From: an uncultured bacterium | Lineage (GTDB): Bacteria > Patescibacteriota > Gracilibacteria > Absconditabacterales > Absconditicoccaceae | DNA: 64,000 nucleotides | Assembly (NCBI GenBank): GCA_963537415.1 | Contig: CAUTDF010000002.1 | Span: forward strand, 12,460-76,459 | Reading direction: 5' to 3' | Shown: piece by piece, positions 45,299 through 57,510 of the stretch | Numbering within the stretch: the stretch's first letter is position 1 | Layout of the letters: every line of letters starts with the position of its first letter | Made by a program: the position numbers and the translations under genes | Notes under the pieces: model-generated | What the model saw: the letters and a program-made list of their open reading frames with translations, nothing else | The model's database searches: none | Told to the model about the DNA's origin: nothing

Positions 45299-45345
45299 CT
45301 TTTTTGAGTTTTCATTTGAAGTTTTGATATAAAACGATATAATGA
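45299..45345 (+). repeat. duplicated promoter block, copy 1 (drives 45384-45989)
   Basis: cttttttgagttttcatTTGAAGttttgatataaaacgaTATAATga. -35 at 45316-45321, -10 at 45338-45343. Confidence 0.7.
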
Positions 45346-45383
45346 TGTTAACAATTTTTACAATTGTATTAAATTTTTTATAC

Positions 45384-45989
45384 ATGAGAAAAAAAATTAT
45401 TGGGCTTCTATTTTTGCTATTTTCTTTTTTTTGCTTCTTCCAAAATCAAAGATTGTTTCAAAAAAAGGACGCTTTATTTCATTTGAAGGGGTTAGTTGAA
45501 AGTTGAATTCCTTTAACATTTTCAGTCTCTCAGACATGAGAAATATTATATCAATTAGGAGATTGGTATTTAAGAGTTATAACAAGATGAGAACAAACTT
45601 ATTTGCTACAAATAAAAAAATGGGGTGAAAATCGACAAATATTACAGGAATTTGAAACAGATGTCGTAGATAGGGTTCCCTTTCTTTTGAGAATAAAAGA
45701 CAAAAAACTAAATTTTCTTTTTTGAAAGAAGTCAGGAGGTGGATCTATGGAATATATGATTTCTTCTTTTATTTTAGATCAAAGTCTAGTTTTCCAAGAA
45801 GAAAACTGCTGATATATTTACCCTGCAGAACTTTCTTATTCAAGTCCTATTTGTAATTTAGATTTTTCTGGGAAACAATTTGATGAGGCTCTACTTGAAA
45901 ACTGTAAAGCATTATCTATTTTAAGAGAGAAAGAATCTTATTATCTTCATCTGCAATACTTGAAATTTAACAAGAAATTTTGCGAGTAA
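45384..45989 (+). CDS. hypothetical secreted protein
   Basis: MRKKIIGLLFLLFSFFCFF signal-like N-terminus. 201 aa with 5 TGA. Driven by a duplicate of the serS promoter. Confidence 0.5.
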
Positions 45990-46219
45990 AAAATAATAAA
46001 ATTTATGTTGTATTTTATTTCTATATTCTTATGGTAACTCAGGATTCATCGTATTCTTTAAGTGGTGATGAAAGAAATGTCCCAACTTATTTAGTAGTTA
46101 AAGATTCTAAATAAGTTGTGATGAAAAAATGTAGAACATGAACACATGAAAAAAAGGAGGAGTATTGTACTCTACCTTTTTTGTTTTGTTTTTGAGAGGA
46201 TTCCATTTTATGAAATCTA

Positions 46220-46267
46220 ACTTTTTTGAATTTTCATTTGAAGTTTGAGTATAAAACTGTACAATCA
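46220..46267 (+). repeat. duplicated promoter block, copy 2 (drives serS)
   Basis: acttttttgaattttcatTTGAAGtttgagtataaaactgTACAATca. -35 at 46238-46243, -10 at 46260-46265. About 85% identical to copy 1. Confidence 0.7.
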
Positions 46268-46309
46268 CTAGTGTATTTCAGATTTTTTTATCTTTTAAAG
46301 ATATGTTCC

Positions 46310-47545
46310 ATGATTGATATCAAAAAAATTCGCGATGATGTAGCTGCTTACAAGCTTATTTGTCAGAAGAGAAACATGAATATTGATGTAGACTGAGTAC
46401 TTGCACTTGATGATGAGAGAAAACAGTTGCAATTTTCTATTGATCAGGCAAAAGCTGAGCAAAAGCAATTGGCAAGTCAACAGGACTATGAATGAGCTAA
46501 AAACCTCAAGGTTAAGATTCAGGAACTTGAGGCTCAACATACTGAAATTGCGGCTCAACTTGAGAAGATGCTTTTGAAGATGCCAAATACGAGTCTTGAT
46601 CCAAAAATTCCTGTTGGAAAGGATGATAGTGAAAATGTGGTAGCTGAGGTATTTTGAGAAATTCCTCAATTTTGATTTGAGCCACAGAGTCATATTGATT
46701 TGATGAAAAAACTTGATTTGGTTGATTTTGAGAGAGGAGTGAAGATCGGAGGAGCGAGGAGTTATTTTCTGAAATGAGATGGAATGCTTTTGGAGCAGGC
46801 TGTTTTGCAATATACTTTGAAAAAATTGGTAGAAAGAGGATTTACTCCACTTCAGGTGCCAAATATTGTGAATCCTGAATGTCTTATGGGGACTGGATAT
46901 TTCCCTGGAGGAGAGGAAGATGCTTACTGGATGGAGAGAGATAATCAGTGGTTGATTGGAACTTCTGAGATTTCAGTTACTGCCTATCATATGGGAGAGG
47001 TTTTGGAAGAAAATGAACTTCCAAAGAAGTATTGTGGATATTCTGCGTGTTATCGTCGTGAAGCTTGAAGTTATGGTAGAGATACCGCAGGTCTTTATAG
47101 GGTACATCAGTTTATGAAGGTAGAGCAGGTTGTGATCTTACCAGCTGACCTCAAGATGACTGAACAATATTATCAGCAGATTCTCCAGAATGCGATGGAC
47201 GTTTTGAGTGACTGTGAGGTGCCATATCGTCTTTTACAGCTTTGTACTGGGGATTTAGCAATTGGTAAGTATATGTCTCATGATCTAGAGTGTTGGATGC
47301 CATCTAGAAATAGCTATGGAGAGACGCATTCAGTGTCTGCGTTCCTAGATTTTCAGGCTCGTAGGCTTAATCTAAGATATCGTGATCAAGAAGGAAAGCT
47401 CCAGTATTGTTATACTATGAATAATACTGCGATTGCGACTCCAAGATTTTTGATCGCATTGATAGAAAATCATCAAACAGCAGATGGAAGAATTAGGATT
47501 CCAAAGGTGCTTCAGCCGTATATGGGTAAAGAGTTTATAGGATAA
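46310..47545 (+). CDS. serS: seryl-tRNA synthetase
   Basis: MIDIKKIR start, coiled-coil arm, GARSYFLK-G, YRREA-G-SYGRDT.GLYRVHQF, TMNNTAIATPR. 411 aa. The frame stays open 63 codons further upstream, but homology sets the start. Confidence 0.93.
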
Positions 47546-47625
47546 AAGTACTTGATTTTTTGAGATGTTTGTTTATAGTTGACTCCAATCCTGATATTGG
47601 GAGAAAAAATAAAAATAGTTTGATT

Positions 47626-47772
47626 ATGGCAGAACACACAAAAAATGCTAGACCGTCTACTTATGACAAACACACCTCTCGTTCGAAAAAACTTAACAAA
47701 CAAGAAAAAGTTAAGAATGGAAGTTATACTTCTGGAGGTAGTCCCAAGGGACGGCACAGGAAGGATAAGTAA
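47626..47772 (+). CDS. hypothetical small basic protein
   Basis: 48 aa from ATG 47626 (MAEHTKNARPSTYDKHTSRSKKLNKQEK...GRHRKDK). Possible promoter TTGATT-N16-TATAGT upstream. Weak. Confidence 0.3.
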   Translation: MAEHTKNARPSTYDKHTSRSKKLNKQEKVKNGSYTSGGSPKGRHRKDK

Positions 47773-47849
47773 ATACACTATCCTCATTCTTTAGGGTGAT
47801 TGAGTTTTTACTCTTTCACCTTTATTTTTTAACTTGATTGGATCAGCTG

Positions 47850-48764
47850 ATGCAAATCTATATAAAAACAGCTCCTTATAATCAAAATAGTTATTTTCAA
47901 CATCTCATTGAACATTTAGTTATTGGGGGATATTGAAGCCTACAACAGTATTTTAAGGTTGCTTATGGTGTTCAGTGAACAAGTTGGCTTAACTACTCAA
48001 GTTATTTTCTGCCTCCAACTATTAAGCTACAAGATATGTTGAAACAGATTTTTTCTCCTTTGGATATGTCTATTGCTAATAGAGAAGTTGAAATGATAAA
48101 AGAGGAATTATCTGGAAACATTTCAGATGTGACACTTCTTGTAAATCGTATTGGAAGATCTTTGTACTGAAGTACATTTTGACGAGCACAATTTTGAACT
48201 AAATTTTCAAAAAAAACTATACAGCTAGAACATCAAAAATATTATAATGAGGATCATCTTCGAATCGCTGATGATGATTTTTTGATTTTACAGAGGCCAT
48301 CTAATATTCTACAATCAGTGAAGTTTGATGAATTGGAGTATTTAGTTTCCTCTAGAAAATATCATGTAAGATGAGATTCTTATTTTGTTAAGATATTTAA
48401 TGAAACACCTTCATCTTATGTTTTGTGTTATTTCCTTGACTGGTTGATGGGAGTTCGAGGAGAATATTCCTCTAACTATATAGGTAGACAATATATGTCT
48501 CCAGTTTTTAGGGAGTTCTTTGAGTATCCTAGACATTTTTTGCTGGTTGTAGATAGAGAAACAAGAGCATTTTTATCTAGTACGCCGATTGATCAAGAGT
48601 TTTTTGTTTTAGCAAAAAAAAGATTTCTTGAAACATCTGTACTTTTGCAAGAGATTTCTTTAATATTAGAGATTAGAACTGGGAAGATAGTAGAAATTTT
48701 TGATTTGAAAAAAACTATTAATTCTTTAAAAGTAGAATATATTAGACAATTGTTATTCTTTTAA
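47850..48764 (+). CDS. short M16 (insulinase)-like HxxEH protein
   Basis: FQHLIEHLVIGG contains the inverted zincin HxxEH motif near the N-terminus. 304 aa, shorter than typical M16 peptidases. Confidence 0.45.
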
Positions 48765-48781
48765 AACTGCTCCACTAAACT

Positions 48782-49996
48782 ATGCTCCTAATCTGAGATA
48801 TTCATATCAATAGTAAAATTAAGACAGATTTGCTTTTTACACTTCGTGAGTTTGTGCAGGCTCATCCAGAAGAAAAAAATCTGATTTTTCTGTGAGATTT
48901 TGTGTATCATTTTAGTTATGATAGGTCTGCATTATTGTCTCTCTTTGAATGGTTTTTGGAACTCTATGCTCAAGGGAGATCGCTCTATATTTTGGCGGGA
49001 AATCATGATTGGCTTGGGAATTCGTTTGTTTTTGAAGAGGGGAAGAGAGTTTTTGATCTCTTAGAGTCTAGTTCATCAGCTGGGAAACTTAACTTTATTA
49101 CAGAGCCGATGTTGACCGAGATTGAGGGAGAGAAGATTTTGTTTTTGCCGTTTTGCTTAGATATTGATGAAAGTAAATATCCTGAATATCAGCTAGGAAG
49201 CTCACTATTGACTGAGGCTCTTTTGCAGTCAAAGGATAAAAATGAAGTTTTCTCAGGGAAGATCAATCAGCTTTTGAACTGATATATCAAGCAAGAAAAA
49301 AAGCTGACAATTATTCACCACTATTACACCAATAAACAGCAGTTCCCATGATATCTTTCGAGTTTTTCATTTAAGGATATTGCACTTTCTGAGCAACTTT
49401 TGGATAATCCAGATATTAAGCTGATTTCTGGGCATCTGCATGCGCCATTTGTTTTCAAAAATTGTTTTTGTGCAGGAAGTGTTTGGGCGACTTCCCCTCT
49501 GGAGATGAATCAGGTAAAGGGGCTTTGGACTTGGAGAGATGGGCAGCTTTGATTTTTTGAGCAGCAGGTTAATTCGTATTTTCAGATTGAACAATCAAGA
49601 CCTGTTGTTGCTCAAGATGTTGAGAAGATTCATGAGGAATGTTTAGAGTTTTTGAAAAAGCAGTTTGAAAATCAGAATTTTTTTCCTTTGTGAGCTTTTG
49701 AAAAACAAGCTCTTAATCTTAAAAAAACAACTTTGAATCTTAAGGTTGAACAGCTCAATTATGATCAAGTAAATAGTGTGATTGATGATCAGCTTAGGGA
49801 GCAATTGGCTGATTTTAGGCTTAAAAAATCAACGAAAAAGGTCAATGATCTTTTGGAAAAGTTGGAGACTCCTGACAAGGATAGTCTTTTGACCTTTGGA
49901 TGATGGAAGGAGTTATTGAGAGACTTTCTCAATAAGCAATATCCAGAGGAATATTCAGCTTATGAGAAAGCGCTCAAGGAACTTAAGATTTTATAG
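48782..49996 (+). CDS. calcineurin-like metallophosphoesterase with helical C-terminal domain
   Basis: LI-G-DIH, L-G-DFV, AGNHD, SGHLH motifs in order. 404 aa. The 3' half of the frame was hand-checked. Confidence 0.75.
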
Positions 49997-50017
49997 CTTT
50001 TATTTGCCTGAAATCAG

Positions 50018-50581
50018 ATGGAAAACGCTGAATCTCCCAAGAGAGTTTGGAAATACCTTAAGCCAACTTTGCAATCAATGTCTTGTTTACAGCGTATTAG
50101 AGCGGAGATTTCGAACTTTTTGCAGGAGAGATGAATTGAACATAGGGCTTTAGAAAATCCTCATTTGACTCTGGCGTATCTAACTGGGATTGCTCAAGAT
50201 CAGATTTCTCAGTTATTTATTGCTAATGAGGGGAGGTTGCAGGGGAGAGGTGATCCTTCGATTCAAGAGAAGTCTCTTTTAGAAAAGAAGTCAGAAATCT
50301 GGTTTTCTCAGTTGAAAGTTCGGAGATTGTTTGTTGATAATCAGGTATATTTGGTGCTCGTTCAAGAGCAAGAAAATTATGAGCTTCGTGTGAAAATGAT
50401 GAATTCTCAGAGTGAACCTCATATTAGTTTATTTTGTCTTTGAGAGATGACCGAGGAGGATTATTTCAGGTTTGAAAAAGAGGTTTTCCCACAGCTTAAG
50501 AAGAAAATTTGAAGTTATTTACAGAGAGATCAGATACAGATTGATTTGGTAAATGAATATATTGATATTAAGGATATTTAG
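50018..50581 (+). CDS. 2H phosphoesterase (LigT/2'-5' RNA ligase-like)
   Basis: Two HxT/S motifs: PHLTLAY and PHISLF. 187 aa. Confidence 0.65.
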
Positions 50582-50612
50582 TCAGAATTTTATTTTTAGT
50601 CTTATTATAAAG

Positions 50613-51140
50613 ATGGCAAAACTCTTATTTGTCGTAGCTAATGTATGATTTCAGGATGATGAATTCTGAATTCCTTACGACGTTCTCTCTGATCAGGGGC
50701 ATGATATAGATGTTGCCTCAGGACTTGGATGAAGGTGTAGAGGAGTTTTTATGAAGTCGATTGATGAAACAAAGGCGTTTTCTGAGGTGAATACTGAGGA
50801 GTATGATATGGTCGTGTTTGTTGGTGGAGGAGGTGCTTATGATCAGTATTATAAAAATTCTGATTATCTTGAGCTTGCTAAAAAAGCTAAATCAATAGCG
50901 GCAATTTGTATTGCTCCAACATTACTCTCGGATAGTGGGCTCTTTGTTGGCAAGCAAGTGACTGGTCGAGATGATGGGTTTTGAACGCAGATTACTTATC
51001 TTAAGAATCAGGGGGCTATCTATAAAGATCAGCCCGTAGTTCAGGATTGAAATTTGATTACAGCAAATGGACCACAAGCAGCGCCGCAATTTGCTCGGAT
51101 GATTGCAGATTATTTACAAGAGAAAAAATCAGCCTTTTAG
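50613..51140 (+). CDS. DJ-1/PfpI-family protein
   Basis: VVFVGGGGA, nucleophile elbow AAICIAP, LITANGP. 175 aa. Confidence 0.8.
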
Positions 51141-51173
51141 ACTGATTTTTTTGTATTTGAAAGATTATATTTT

Positions 51174-52532
51174 TTAGAGTTTGAAGAGGTCATTTAGTGC
51201 TTCACTCATTGTTGGATGAGTAAAAATATGATTACTAAGTGCAGTGTATGGGAGATTTCGCTTCATAGCTAGAGATATGATATTTATCATTTCATGCGCT
51301 TCTGAGCAATACAGTGATGCTCCAAGGATGAGTCCAGTTTTCTCGTCGATAACTGCTTTTAAGAGTCATTGTGCTTTTCCAAGGATTCTTGCTTTGGGAA
51401 TTGCTGCTCATTCTAGTTTTCAAACTTTTATAGTATATCCTTGTTCAATTGCTTGTTTTTCGGTAAGTCCAATTCTCGCGAAAGGTGGGTTGAGAAAAGA
51501 GCAATAAGCAAATGTTGCTCTGTCTTTTGTCGATCTCTGAGCGTTCCCAAAGAGCTGATCTGTGATGATTCTAAAGTCATCAAGAGAAATATAGGTAAAT
51601 TGAGGATTTCCTGTTACGTCTCCTATTGCATAGATATTAGGAGCAGAAGTCTGAAGGTGTTCATTGACCTTTATCGCACCTTTGGCTGTGGTTTCAATTT
51701 TTGTGTTTTCTAGGTGGAGATCTTTGATATTAGGGCTTCTTCCAACGGCAAGAAGAAGTGCATCAGCTGTCAGATTTTTTGTCTGATCTTCAGTCTCAAG
51801 TGTAAGATTGAGTTTATTGTTTTCCTCGTTGATTTCGGTGAGCTTTGTTGAGTCGAGAAACTGGATACCTCTTTGTTCAAAATCGGCTCTAATTCTTGCT
51901 ACGACTTCTTCATCTTCATTAGGAAGAATATTTGGATGGGTATTGATGATAGTAACTTTGCATCAAAAGTCTGCATAAATTGAAGCAAATTCTAGTCCAA
52001 TAAATCCGGCACCTAGGATTGCTAAGTGTTCAGGGTATTCTCTGGTTTTCATGAGTTCTGTACTGGTATAGACTTTTGTTGTGTTTTCAATTCATGGGAT
52101 TTCTGGGCGGTTGCTTGTTGCTCAGGTATTGATAAAGATTTTCTCTCCTGAGATTGTTCTTTCTCATTCTGGACTAGTTATTTTGATTTCATGATCAGAA
52201 ATAAAGCTAGCAGTTCCATCAATGATTTGAATATTTTCAAAGGCTGCAAGCATTGCATAATTTTTTTCTCTCAGAAAAGCTGTTAGCTTAGTTGTCTCAT
52301 CTATAGCTTGCTCGTAGTATTCAGATTTCTCTTGAAGTGTTGTTGGATGTTTTTCCTGAGAAAGTGTGAGGAGTTTTTTTGATGGAATACATCAAATATT
52401 GATACATGTTCCTCCGTACATTTCCGGATTTTGCTCAATAAGAGCTACAGTTTCTCATTTTTTTGCGAGCGCAACTGCGAGGGTTTTCCCTCCTTTTCAG
52501 AATCAAATAATAATATTATCAAAGGTATTCAT
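51174..52532 (-). CDS. class I pyridine nucleotide-disulfide oxidoreductase (dihydrolipoamide dehydrogenase/glutathione reductase family)
   Basis: II-G-F-G-KGG (both Gly are TGA, 52497-52499 and 52503-52505), redox centre GGTCINI-G-CIPSK, second GAGFIGLE, C-terminal HPTMSE. 452 aa. Confidence 0.88.
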
Positions 52533-52598
52533 TGGTATAATAAAAAAAGATAAAATACTGAGTTCAGAATTTTATCTTTTTGCCTTGAGAGGTCAAGT

Positions 52599-53291
52599 TT
52601 AGTTGATATGTTTTCTGAAACTTTCCTCAATACGGTAGAAAAGACTTATTATATCATGTTTAAGCCTCGAGTCCTTGCTTCGAAATTCTCAGAGGTATTT
52701 ATGGATTACTTCTTCATGTACTGATATTCTAGGACCATAGAGATCTTGTGCGTCTGAGGATTCTGGTTCTTGGGTGTCTTTATACTCGAGATAACACTCA
52801 TAAAAAAGATCTACAACAACCTTTTTCCCTTTATGTTTTTTGCATATTTTTTCAAATAGCTTTTGCTCATCAGCTGTTAGGTCTAAAGCTGCTTTCCCTA
52901 TTTTTAGAAGTCTGATATATTCTGGTTGATCGTTAGTTTTTGTATTAAGATTTCCGATGAGTTGGCTCTGAGTCGTCTCTTTCTGTGATTTCTGCGCTTT
53001 ACGAAAAGCAAGATACGTTGAGAAAAAGGAGCTTATTTCTTTTGCTGAAGCTTGTCGTCCTACCAATTTCACTGCAGATTGGAAATTGTGCCCAGCTCTA
53101 TTCCGTATTTCATCTAGAAAACGGATGAAGTTCATTTGTTTAAGCTCTAAGCTCTGTCAAAATGGAGTAGTTTGACAGAAATTGTTAAAAAAGAGAGAAA
53201 ATTCAGATTGTTTATTTTTCTCCTTGAAAAAATTCCTTAATTCTTGATATCCGCTTGGAGGCAATTCCGGTCCACTACCTGGAGTATTCAT
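52599..53291 (-). CDS. hypothetical protein
   Basis: 230 aa (the track ORF 52689-53135 extended at both ends across TGA). No motif. Confidence 0.5.
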
Positions 53292-53421
53292 CTTTTTATG
53301 AGAAATGGTGCTAAATTGCTTATAGTATACTTAAAGCTCAAGAGATGTCAAATTTTTTAATTTTTTATTGTATCTATAGGGAAAATTACTAGACTTGGAT
53401 TGTTTTATATTGCAATGGAAA

Positions 53422-55329
53422 ATGGCTTGGGAGTTAAAGGTAGATCAGTTGACAAAAATTTATACTGGGAGACCAATTATTGATCATCTAAGTTTTACTG
53501 TAGAGCAGGGGCAAAAGATTGCTCTTGTTGCCAAGAATGGTGGCGGGAAGACCACACTTTTGAGGCTTCTTATTTGAGAACTAGATAAAACTGATGGAAA
53601 GATTGAATGGAGAAAGGGGCTTAAAATCTGATATTTGCCTCAGGATTTTCGTGGAGATCTGAATCATACGATAGCAGAGGAGTTGTTTGCGATTTCTCAT
53701 CCAGCTGCAAGTCTGATTAGGGAATATGAATGACTTGTGCAAAATCCAGATACTGATCCTGAGCGTTTTCGGCAGCTTTTTGATGAAATTGATGCGATCC
53801 AGGCGTGGGACTATGAGTCTAAGGTAAACACTATTATTTCTAGATTACAGTTGACGTCTCTTCTTCAGCAACCGCTTTCAACGCTCTCGGGGTGAGAGTT
53901 GAAAAGAGTAGCCTTAGCAAAAACACTGATTGATGAACCAGATTTTTTGGTACTTGATGAACCAACTAATCACTTGGATTTACAGATGATTGAGTGGCTT
54001 GAAAATTATCTCAAAAATCAGCATTCTACCTTGTTTATGATAACGCATGATAGGTATTTTTTGGAAAGTGTATGTGATGAGATTTATGAGCTAGATAGAT
54101 GAAAATTGTACTTTTATCCGTGAAATTATAGTTATTTTTTGCAGAAGCAAGCTGAGAGGAGAGAAAATGAATCGATTGCCACAGAAAAGCTTCGTCAGCT
54201 CCTCAAAAGGGAACTCGTTTGGATGCGTAAATCGCCAAGGGCAAGAGCGACCAAACAAAATTATAGACAAAAAGAATTTTATCAGTTAGAAAGTCAGTAT
54301 GATGAGCAAAAAGAGCTTTTGTATTCGGAATCTGGTACGCTTGATATCCCAGTGCAGGAGAGGAGACTTTGAACTAAGATTCTTAAAATAAAAAATCTGA
54401 AAAAAGCTTTCGGTCAAAAAATGATTTTAGATCAGTTTTCTTATGATTTTAAGTTTCAGGAGCGTATTTGAATTATTGGGAAAAATGGAGTTGGAAAGTC
54501 GACTTTTATAAAACTTTTGCTCTGAGAGGAGCAGCCTGATAGTGGAGTGCTTCAAGTTGGGCAGACTGTAGTGTTTTGACATTATCAGCAGGGTGAGATT
54601 GAGTTTCCAGAGTGAAAAAGAGTGATTGATGTGATTAGAGATGTTGGTGAATATCTGGTTTTGGCTGGTGGAGAGAAGATATCGGCTTCAATGCTTTTAG
54701 AAAGGTTTTTGTTTCCTGCTCAGCAACAGTATCAGTTTGCTACTTCCCTTAGCTGAGGTGAGAAAAGGAGGCTCTTTCTTTTAAAAACGTTGATGGCAAA
54801 TCCAAATTTTTTGATTTTAGATGAACCAACAAATGATTTAGATCTTTTGACGATCAGAATTTTAGAGGATTTTTTGTTGCAATTCCGTGGATGTTTACTG
54901 ATTGTCTCTCATGATAGAGCATTTATGGATAGATTGGTTGATCATTTGTTTGTTTTTGAGGGGGAGGGAAAGGTAACTGATTTTCGAGGAACATACACAG
55001 AGCGAAATCATCTCCAAACTCAGCAAAAAGAACAAAAAACTGATCTTTCTCATCAGGTTTCAGTTGATCTTTCCTCAAAAGCTTCTGAGTCATCCACTTC
55101 AATAAAAAAGCTCTCATATGCAGAAAATATTGAGCTTCAGCAATTGATCAAGGAGCTTGAAGAACTTGAAGATGAAAAGCAACAAATTAGTCGCATCTTT
55201 GATAATAAGGATTTGCCTTATGATGAGATTGCTTTGCTTTCCGAACACTTGTGAGGTATTATTAAAACTATTGAACTCAAAGAGGCCAGGTGTTTTGAAT
55301 TGATGGAGAGACAAGAGGCTACTTTATAA
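53422..55329 (+). CDS. ABC-F family ATPase (Uup/EttA-like translation factor)
   Basis: Two ABC cassettes: AKNGGGKTT / LSG-G-E / LVLDEPTNHLD and -G-IIGKNGVGKST / LS-G-GEKRR / LILDEPTNDLD, plus a C-terminal coiled coil. Gaps hand-checked. 635 aa. Confidence 0.9.
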
Positions 55330-55418
55330 ATAGGGAGAAAAGTCTGATTTTTTTGACTTTTTATAAAAAAGAACTATACTTAGATATGAAGACTTTTAGT
55401 TCTTTATAAAAACAAAAG

Positions 55419-56714
55419 ATGCCAGAAGCAGTAGTTGCTCAAAATATTACTACGGTTCCGCTTTCTGAGGTGAATCCACCAGAGCAAAAGAAACCTTCTT
55501 TTTTTGATAGAACGCTTGGAAAGCTTGTCGGATTTATTGCTAAGGCGACTGGACAGCCTGATCCTATTACTGGGATTAAAAATGGAGAATCTGCTCCAGC
55601 TCAGCAGGGGATGAATCAAGAATGAGTAGCGCAAATGCCTATTGAGGGGCAACAAGTTCCTCAGCAGGAGCCTTGATTTTTCCAAAAATTGGTTGCGAGT
55701 ACACAAAACCTGCTCAATAAGACAAATTCTGTAGCTAGCAGTATTACCAGCACGACCTCAAATATTGCTGGAAAGATTACTGAGAAAACGAATGCTGTTG
55801 CAGGTGCGATAACCTCAGCTCCAACAATGGTTGCAAATCAGGCAACAAACCTGATCAATAAGGGGGTTGATATGTGAGGTCAGCTTAAGGACTCTATCCA
55901 GACTAATGCACAAAGTCTTGCTGGGAATGTTCAAAATTTTGCAAGTAATCCAGTTTGAGGAGTGCAAAATTTTGTAGCTAATCCAATAGCTGGAGTCCAA
56001 AACATAGGAAATCAAGTTATGCAATCAGGTCAACAGGTGATGGCTTCTGCTCAACAGATGTGAGGTCAAGTAGTACATGGCGTTCAAAATGCTGGAGGTC
56101 AGGTAATGAACGGTGTTCAGAATGTTTGATGAGGAGTAGTTTCGAATATGCAAAATATGTGAGGACAGATGATGAATGGGGTTTCGCAGTTTGCAAGTAA
56201 TCCAGTTTGATGAGTTCAGAATTTTGTAGCTAATCCAATGGCTGGAGTCCAAAATATAGGAAATCAAGTAATGCAATCAGGGCAGCAAGTTGTTACTTCT
56301 GCTCAGCAGATGTGAGGACAAGTTGTGAATTCAGTTCAGGGTGTAGGAGTTCAGGTTCCTTTTCAAGTTCCAGTTCAGGCGACTGAATCTGTTCCTGTAC
56401 AAACTCAAGATGCGGTTGCTGTTCAAATACCTGAGAATGCTTCTCAGACTCAGGTAGTGGCGCAATCAGTTCCTGTTCAGCTTAATCCTATTGAAAATGT
56501 TTTCTCAGGAATCAAACAGGGGGCAACTAACTTTGTTGAGAAAACCAAGCAGTTTGTCCAAAATCCTGTTGAAAGTATTGATGGTTTTGCTGGATCTGGT
56601 GCTCAAACTGACCAAGTTTCAGTTCAAACAGAAACTGAGAATACAACCAGCTTAGATCAATTAGGAAATGGAAATCAGATAGAAAAATCTGAATCAGTTC
56701 CTGTGCAAATGTAG
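55419..56714 (+). CDS. Q/N/V/G-rich repeat protein, unknown function
   Basis: 431 aa in one frame with about 13 TGA, including two tandem TGA-TGA. 138-nt internal direct repeat (55938-56075 / 56190-56327) encoding FASNPVGGVQNFVANP.AGVQNIGNQVMQSGQQV..SAQQMGGQVV. Confidence 0.65.
55938..56327 (+). repeat. intragenic 138-nt direct repeat pair (55938-56075 and 56190-56327, offset 252 nt)
   Basis: The two copies align codon for codon with about 15 substitutions. Both contain TGA-encoded Gly. Confidence 0.8.
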
Positions 56715-56784
56715 CGAATTTAATGTATCAAATAGTGAAAAAAGAGCCAGATTTTTGGCTCTTTTTTTATTATCTTGAGAGAAA

Positions 56785-57282
56785 CTATTGCAAAGTCTCA
56801 ACTGTGAAAGTCCAGTTTTGTTCTTGAATTGTATATGCAGGATTTGGATCAAGAACAGCTTTTTCTACCCCTTCTTCGTTAATGATGCTCGTGATGGTAT
56901 ATGGTGTATCATCAAGAGTCACTACAGTTCCAATTGTTGTGTCTGTGCTCATCTGTGAGAGGAGCATCGTTGGCATCTTTTGAACGAGGCTATCATCGTG
57001 GAGAGAAAGTGGGTCAGTTAGTAGCGCGGTTTTGCTTTCTCATTTTTTGGCTCCTAAAAGGGTATTGAAAACTTGAGCTACATTTGAACTGTATTGAAGA
57101 TGTTCAACTACTCCAGAGAATTTTTCTTCAGTATTTTGAGTGTTTAGATATGGTGTAGTATACCTTACGGTAATGATTGATTTTTCAGTGATGGTGTCTG
57201 ATTTGAAAGGATTTTTTCGGAGGAGGAAAACTCCAGCAGCTATAATGAGTATAGCAAGTAGTCCTTTGAGTAGGGATTTCAT
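56785..57282 (-). CDS. hypothetical membrane-anchored protein
   Basis: 165 aa. N-terminal anchor MKSLLKGLLAILIIAAGVFLL. Two track ORFs joined across TGA 57040. Confidence 0.5.
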
Positions 57283-57510
57283 CTTTTATTTCTGATAAGA
57301 AAATAAATGTTTTCTCAAAGTGTATGAAATATTTGTCTGTTTTCAAGGAAAAATTGTGATTCTCATTAGATTTATTTTTTTGATGGAGTGTAAAAAGGAT
57401 GAAAAATCAGATTTTTTTGTTTTTTTGAAGAAAAAATGCGAAATCACTCTTGCTTTTTAAGAGGATTTTAATACAAGTAAGATTGATTTTATATTCTATA
57501 CATTAGCAAA

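Noticed and set aside
46121-46309. The serS frame is open for 63 extra codons upstream (ATG at 46121) under table 25.
   Set aside because: The extension would run through a terminator hairpin and the TTGAAG/TACAAT promoter. The SerRS homology starts at MIDIKKIR (46310).
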